The notes under the pieces: model-generated
What the model was told of the DNA's origin: nothing
The model's database searches: none
The model's input: the letters and a program-made list of their open reading frames with translations, nothing else
NCBI GenBank assembly: GCA_963799775.1
Contig: CAWCYD010000003.1
Span: 384,001 to 448,000 of the forward strand
DNA from: an uncultured archaeon
GTDB lineage: Archaea > Thermoproteota > Nitrososphaeria > Nitrososphaerales > Gagatemarchaeaceae
Reading direction: 5' to 3'
DNA: 64,000 nucleotides
Program-made: the position numbers and the translations under genes
Shown here: piece by piece, positions 61,029-64,000 of the stretch
Numbering within the stretch: position 1 is the first letter of the stretch
How the letters are laid out: every line of letters begins with the position of its first letter

Positions 61029-61814
61029 TTGGTTCAGTTCTTTCTCGACACTGCCTCACTTGACGAGATAGAGGAATTCGCACGCCAGGGGATTGCCGAC
61101 GGCGTCACGACCAACCAGAAGATACTCCTCTCCGAGGGGAAGGTCGACTTCAAGCGCCGTATACTGGACATCTGCGCACTGGTCGACGGCCCCATAAGCG
61201 TCGAGACGACGAAGAGGACCGTAACCGACCTTGTCGCGGAGGGTCGGGAATACGCCTCCTGGCACAAGAACATCGTGGTCAAGGTCGCGATGCACGGAGA
61301 CGGAAGGGGATTGCAGGTCGTCCATCAGCTGGCGAGGGAGCGGATCAAGACCAACATGACCGTGATGATGACTTTCAACCAGCTCGTTCTCGCTGCCAAG
61401 GCTGGAGCTAGCTACGTGTCACTCTTCTACAACAGGTCGATCGAAGCGAGGGAGAACCCTCTGCAGATCATCAGGGACTACGCTGCGCTCACCAAGGAGA
61501 ACGGGGCGTCTGCCAGGCTGATAGTCGGGAGCATCAGGAAGCCAGAAGACGTGGAGCTGGCGGTCGCCGCTGGTGCCCACATAGTCACGGTCCCCTCGAA
61601 GATACTGAAGCTGATGGCCTACAACAAGAGGACGGAGGAGACCATCGATGAGTTCGACAAGGCCTGGGACGAGTTCTTGGCGATAAGCAAGGGCGAGGTG
61701 GTCAAGGCAAAGGCCAACGGAGAGCGCCCCCAAAAGGGAAGGCTGCCTGACGCGCCATTTATCTCCAACCCGGCTCTCGCGGCGAGCCGACAATCGTCAA
61801 AAGATGGCGCATAG
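61029..61814 (+). CDS. tal: Transaldolase / fructose-6-phosphate aldolase family
   Basis: FFLDTA, DGVTTN, NIVVKV, LIVGSIR. Confidence 0.85.
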   Translation: MVQFFLDTASLDEIEEFARQGIADGVTTNQKILLSEGKVDFKRRILDICALVDGPISVETTKRTVTDLVAEGREYASWHKNIVVKVAMHGDGRGLQVVHQLARERIKTNMTVMMTFNQLVLAAKAGASYVSLFYNRSIEARENPLQIIRDYAALTKENGASARLIVGSIRKPEDVELAVAAGAHIVTVPSKILKLMAYNKRTEETIDEFDKAWDEFLAISKGEVVKAKANGERPQKGRLPDAPFISNPALAASRQSSKDGA

Positions 61815-61897
61815 CTGCCGAACGAGCAGACGCGAAACGTGCACTGTGTTCGGCCGCCAGAAGCTTCCGGGGCGCTTGAGAACCTCGCTTGCGTGAG

Positions 61898-62854
61898 ATG
61901 CAGATGAGAAAGGCGCTTGTCACGGGAGGGCTGGGGTTCATCGGAAGTCATCTCGTGGACAGGCTGCTCGACGACGGCTGGAGCGTGGTGGTCCTCGACA
62001 GCCTGCTGACAGGACAGCGCTCCAACGTGGCTCAGCACAAGGGCAATCCCGAGCTCAGGATCGTGGAGGGAGACATCAGGAAGCTCGAGACGGTCCGGGA
62101 GGCCTCCCGGGGTTGCGACGCCGTCTTTCACCTAGCGGCCCACGCCCTGATGCGAGTGAGCCTCAAAGACCACCGCGCTGACCTTGACCACAACATCGTG
62201 GGAACGCTCAACGTGCTCGAGAGCATGCTCGCCAACAAGGTCCCTGACTTTGTCTTCGCTTCCACCTCCGCGCTCTATGGCGAGGCGGAGGTCACGCCGA
62301 CCCCGGAGACCTACTCGGGGGTCCAGACCTCGCTCTATGGGGCCGCGAAGCTCGCAGGCGAAGGCTATGCCTCCGCCTTCTCTGAGTTCAGCCCCATCAA
62401 GGTCTGGGCCTACCGGTTCGGGACCGTCCTGGGCGAGCGGTGCAGGAGGGGCGCGATATGGGACTTTACACGGAAACTGATGGAAGACCCGAAGAGGCTC
62501 GAGATCCTCGGGAACGGCAGGCAGAGCAAGGACTACCTCTACGTCAAAGACTGCGTGGGCGGCATCATGCTGGGCTACGCGAAGAGCAAGAACAAGGTCC
62601 ACATCTTCAACCTGGGGCTTCAAGAACAGACGACGGTGGACGAGCTGGCGACGATCGTGATAGAGGAGATGGGACTCAAGGGAGTGAAGAGAGCCTACAC
62701 TGGCGGAGTCCGGGGCTGGATCGGTGACAACCCGACCGTATTCCTTTCCACCAAGAGGATCAGGAACCTCGGATGGAAACCGAAGACCTCGCCCGCAGAT
62801 TCCATAAGGCTGACAGCCAAGTGGACGATCGGCGAACTAGGCGGACGCAAGTAA
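61898..62854 (+). CDS. NAD-dependent epimerase/dehydratase
   Basis: VTGGLGFIGSH, YGAAK. Confidence 0.9.
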   Translation: MQMRKALVTGGLGFIGSHLVDRLLDDGWSVVVLDSLLTGQRSNVAQHKGNPELRIVEGDIRKLETVREASRGCDAVFHLAAHALMRVSLKDHRADLDHNIVGTLNVLESMLANKVPDFVFASTSALYGEAEVTPTPETYSGVQTSLYGAAKLAGEGYASAFSEFSPIKVWAYRFGTVLGERCRRGAIWDFTRKLMEDPKRLEILGNGRQSKDYLYVKDCVGGIMLGYAKSKNKVHIFNLGLQEQTTVDELATIVIEEMGLKGVKRAYTGGVRGWIGDNPTVFLSTKRIRNLGWKPKTSPADSIRLTAKWTIGELGGRK

Positions 62855-62868
62855 CCTCCCGGTGAGAT

Positions 62869-63852
62869 GTGCCGAAGTTGGAGAAGACCGCCGTCACGGG
62901 AGGGGCAGGGTTCATAGGCAGTCACATCGTCAGGAGGCTGGTCGACGAAGGCAGAGACGTGAGCGTCATCGACGACCTCTCGGCAGGGTCGTTGCGAAAC
63001 CTCTCGGACCTCAGAGTCAAGAGGAAGCCAAGGGTCGGCGATCTGCGCGACTATAGATTCGCGAAGGCGTCGTTGCGCGGCGTGGAGACGGTGTTCCATT
63101 TCGCAGCCGAGGTGGGGAGCGTCACCTATCTGCATGGGTCCAACGCCAGCGAGCTCGCCGCGCTCCAGTCGAACATCCTCATTGATGCCAACGTGTTCAA
63201 GGCCTGTCTCGAAAACGGAGTGAAGACGGTGATCTATGCGTCGAGCGTCTCTGTCTACCCCTTCGACGAGCAGATGGGGTCCAACGTCCAGTTCAAGGAG
63301 GAGGACGCCGAGCGCCGAGTGAATCCCGAGGGGGGATACGGGTGGTCGAAGTACATCGCAGAGAAGCAGCTCGCTCTCATGCCCGTCACATCGTATGGGA
63401 CGGCGAGGATATTTCACGCCTACGGCAAGAACATCTACTTGAAGCCAGACCGAAGCCAGGTGATAGCCTCCCTGATCAGGAAGGCCCTCAGGTATCCCAG
63501 GGAGGACTTCGTCGTCTGGGGGGATGGCACGCAGAGGCGCTGCTTCGTCTACATCGACGATGCTCTCGACGCACTGATGCTCCTCGAGAGGCACGTCAAG
63601 AGGCACGGGAGCCTCACGGTGAACATCGGCTCGACCGAGGAGGTGACAGTCCGAGACCTCGCCCAGAGGGTGGTCCGCCTCTCTAACAAGGACATCTCCA
63701 TCAAGTTCGACAAGTCGAAGCCAACTGGAGTGCTGAACCGGACGCCGAACCTTGAGAGGGCAAAGCAGACACTAGGGTGGTCGCCCACCACGTCCTTCTC
63801 GGAGGGACTCGGGACGACGTTCCGTTGGGCAGAGTCCAGGCTGAGGAACTGA
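62869..63852 (+). CDS. NAD-dependent epimerase/dehydratase (GDP-mannose 3,5-epimerase-like)
   Basis: VTGGAGFIGSH, YGWSK, VWGDGTQRR. Confidence 0.88.
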   Translation: MPKLEKTAVTGGAGFIGSHIVRRLVDEGRDVSVIDDLSAGSLRNLSDLRVKRKPRVGDLRDYRFAKASLRGVETVFHFAAEVGSVTYLHGSNASELAALQSNILIDANVFKACLENGVKTVIYASSVSVYPFDEQMGSNVQFKEEDAERRVNPEGGYGWSKYIAEKQLALMPVTSYGTARIFHAYGKNIYLKPDRSQVIASLIRKALRYPREDFVVWGDGTQRRCFVYIDDALDALMLLERHVKRHGSLTVNIGSTEEVTVRDLAQRVVRLSNKDISIKFDKSKPTGVLNRTPNLERAKQTLGWSPTTSFSEGLGTTFRWAESRLRN

Positions 63853-63896
63853 CTCGGAGGCGCTGAGCACTCGAGGATGAGCGAGGTCTCGTCTGG

Positions 63897-64000
63897 TTGA
63901 GGGCGGGAACGAGCAGGGCGCAAGCCGCCGGCGCTGTCTTGGTAGCCGCGCTGGTCATCATAGGTGCGGCGTACGTCGCCTTGGTCCCATCGAGGGCCTC
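63897..64000 (+). CDS. 3'-truncated ORF with signal/TM segment
   Basis: TTG start, hydrophobic AVLVAALVIIGAAYVAL, runs off the window. Confidence 0.4.
   Translation, partial: MRAGTSRAQAAGAVLVAALVIIGAAYVALVPSRA

Noticed and set aside
654-63961. Numerous long antisense and alternative-frame ORFs in the track
   Set aside because: Arg/Gly/Pro-rich shadow ORFs expected at high GC; they overlap well-supported genes
1-64000. tRNA, rRNA or CRISPR loci
   Set aside because: None recognised by eye; a tRNAscan-SE/Infernal run would be needed to exclude split or intron-containing RNAs

Overview
GC-rich archaeal chromosome segment. The gene set and order (SMC-ScpAB, rps8e-srp19-gar1-tfb-Rpc34-like, rnhB/fibrillarin/nop5/rps30e, gatDE, rpoP) suggest a Thaumarchaeota/Nitrososphaerota-type genome; the taxonomy is inference. 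Many genes carry single-base frameshifts, often at homopolymers, probably read errors. Most content is housekeeping, plus a Rieske/cytochrome b cluster and a glycosylation/GDP-heptose cluster. Main discovery: two conserved genes that the ORF track misses or truncates, rnhB (RNase HII) and rps30e, are each interrupted by a tiny bulge-helix-bulge (BHB) intron (29 nt at 22852-22880; 19 nt at 26000-26018). Excision at the canonical BHB cut sites restores the conserved motifs DEAGRG and HGSLTKAGKVR. In both cases a free-standing LAGLIDADG endonuclease gene overlaps the host 5' end, and the host starts at an SD-preceded ACG. This repeated 'endonuclease + 5' exon + micro-intron' cassette is a candidate mobile system. 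Second highlight: a tnpB-only element with IS6-like inverted ends and a cargo-carrying IS6 element lie in tandem at one 8-bp target (GCGACGAA x3). A 259-bp IS605-derived element retaining only its ends and the probable omega-RNA region is also present.
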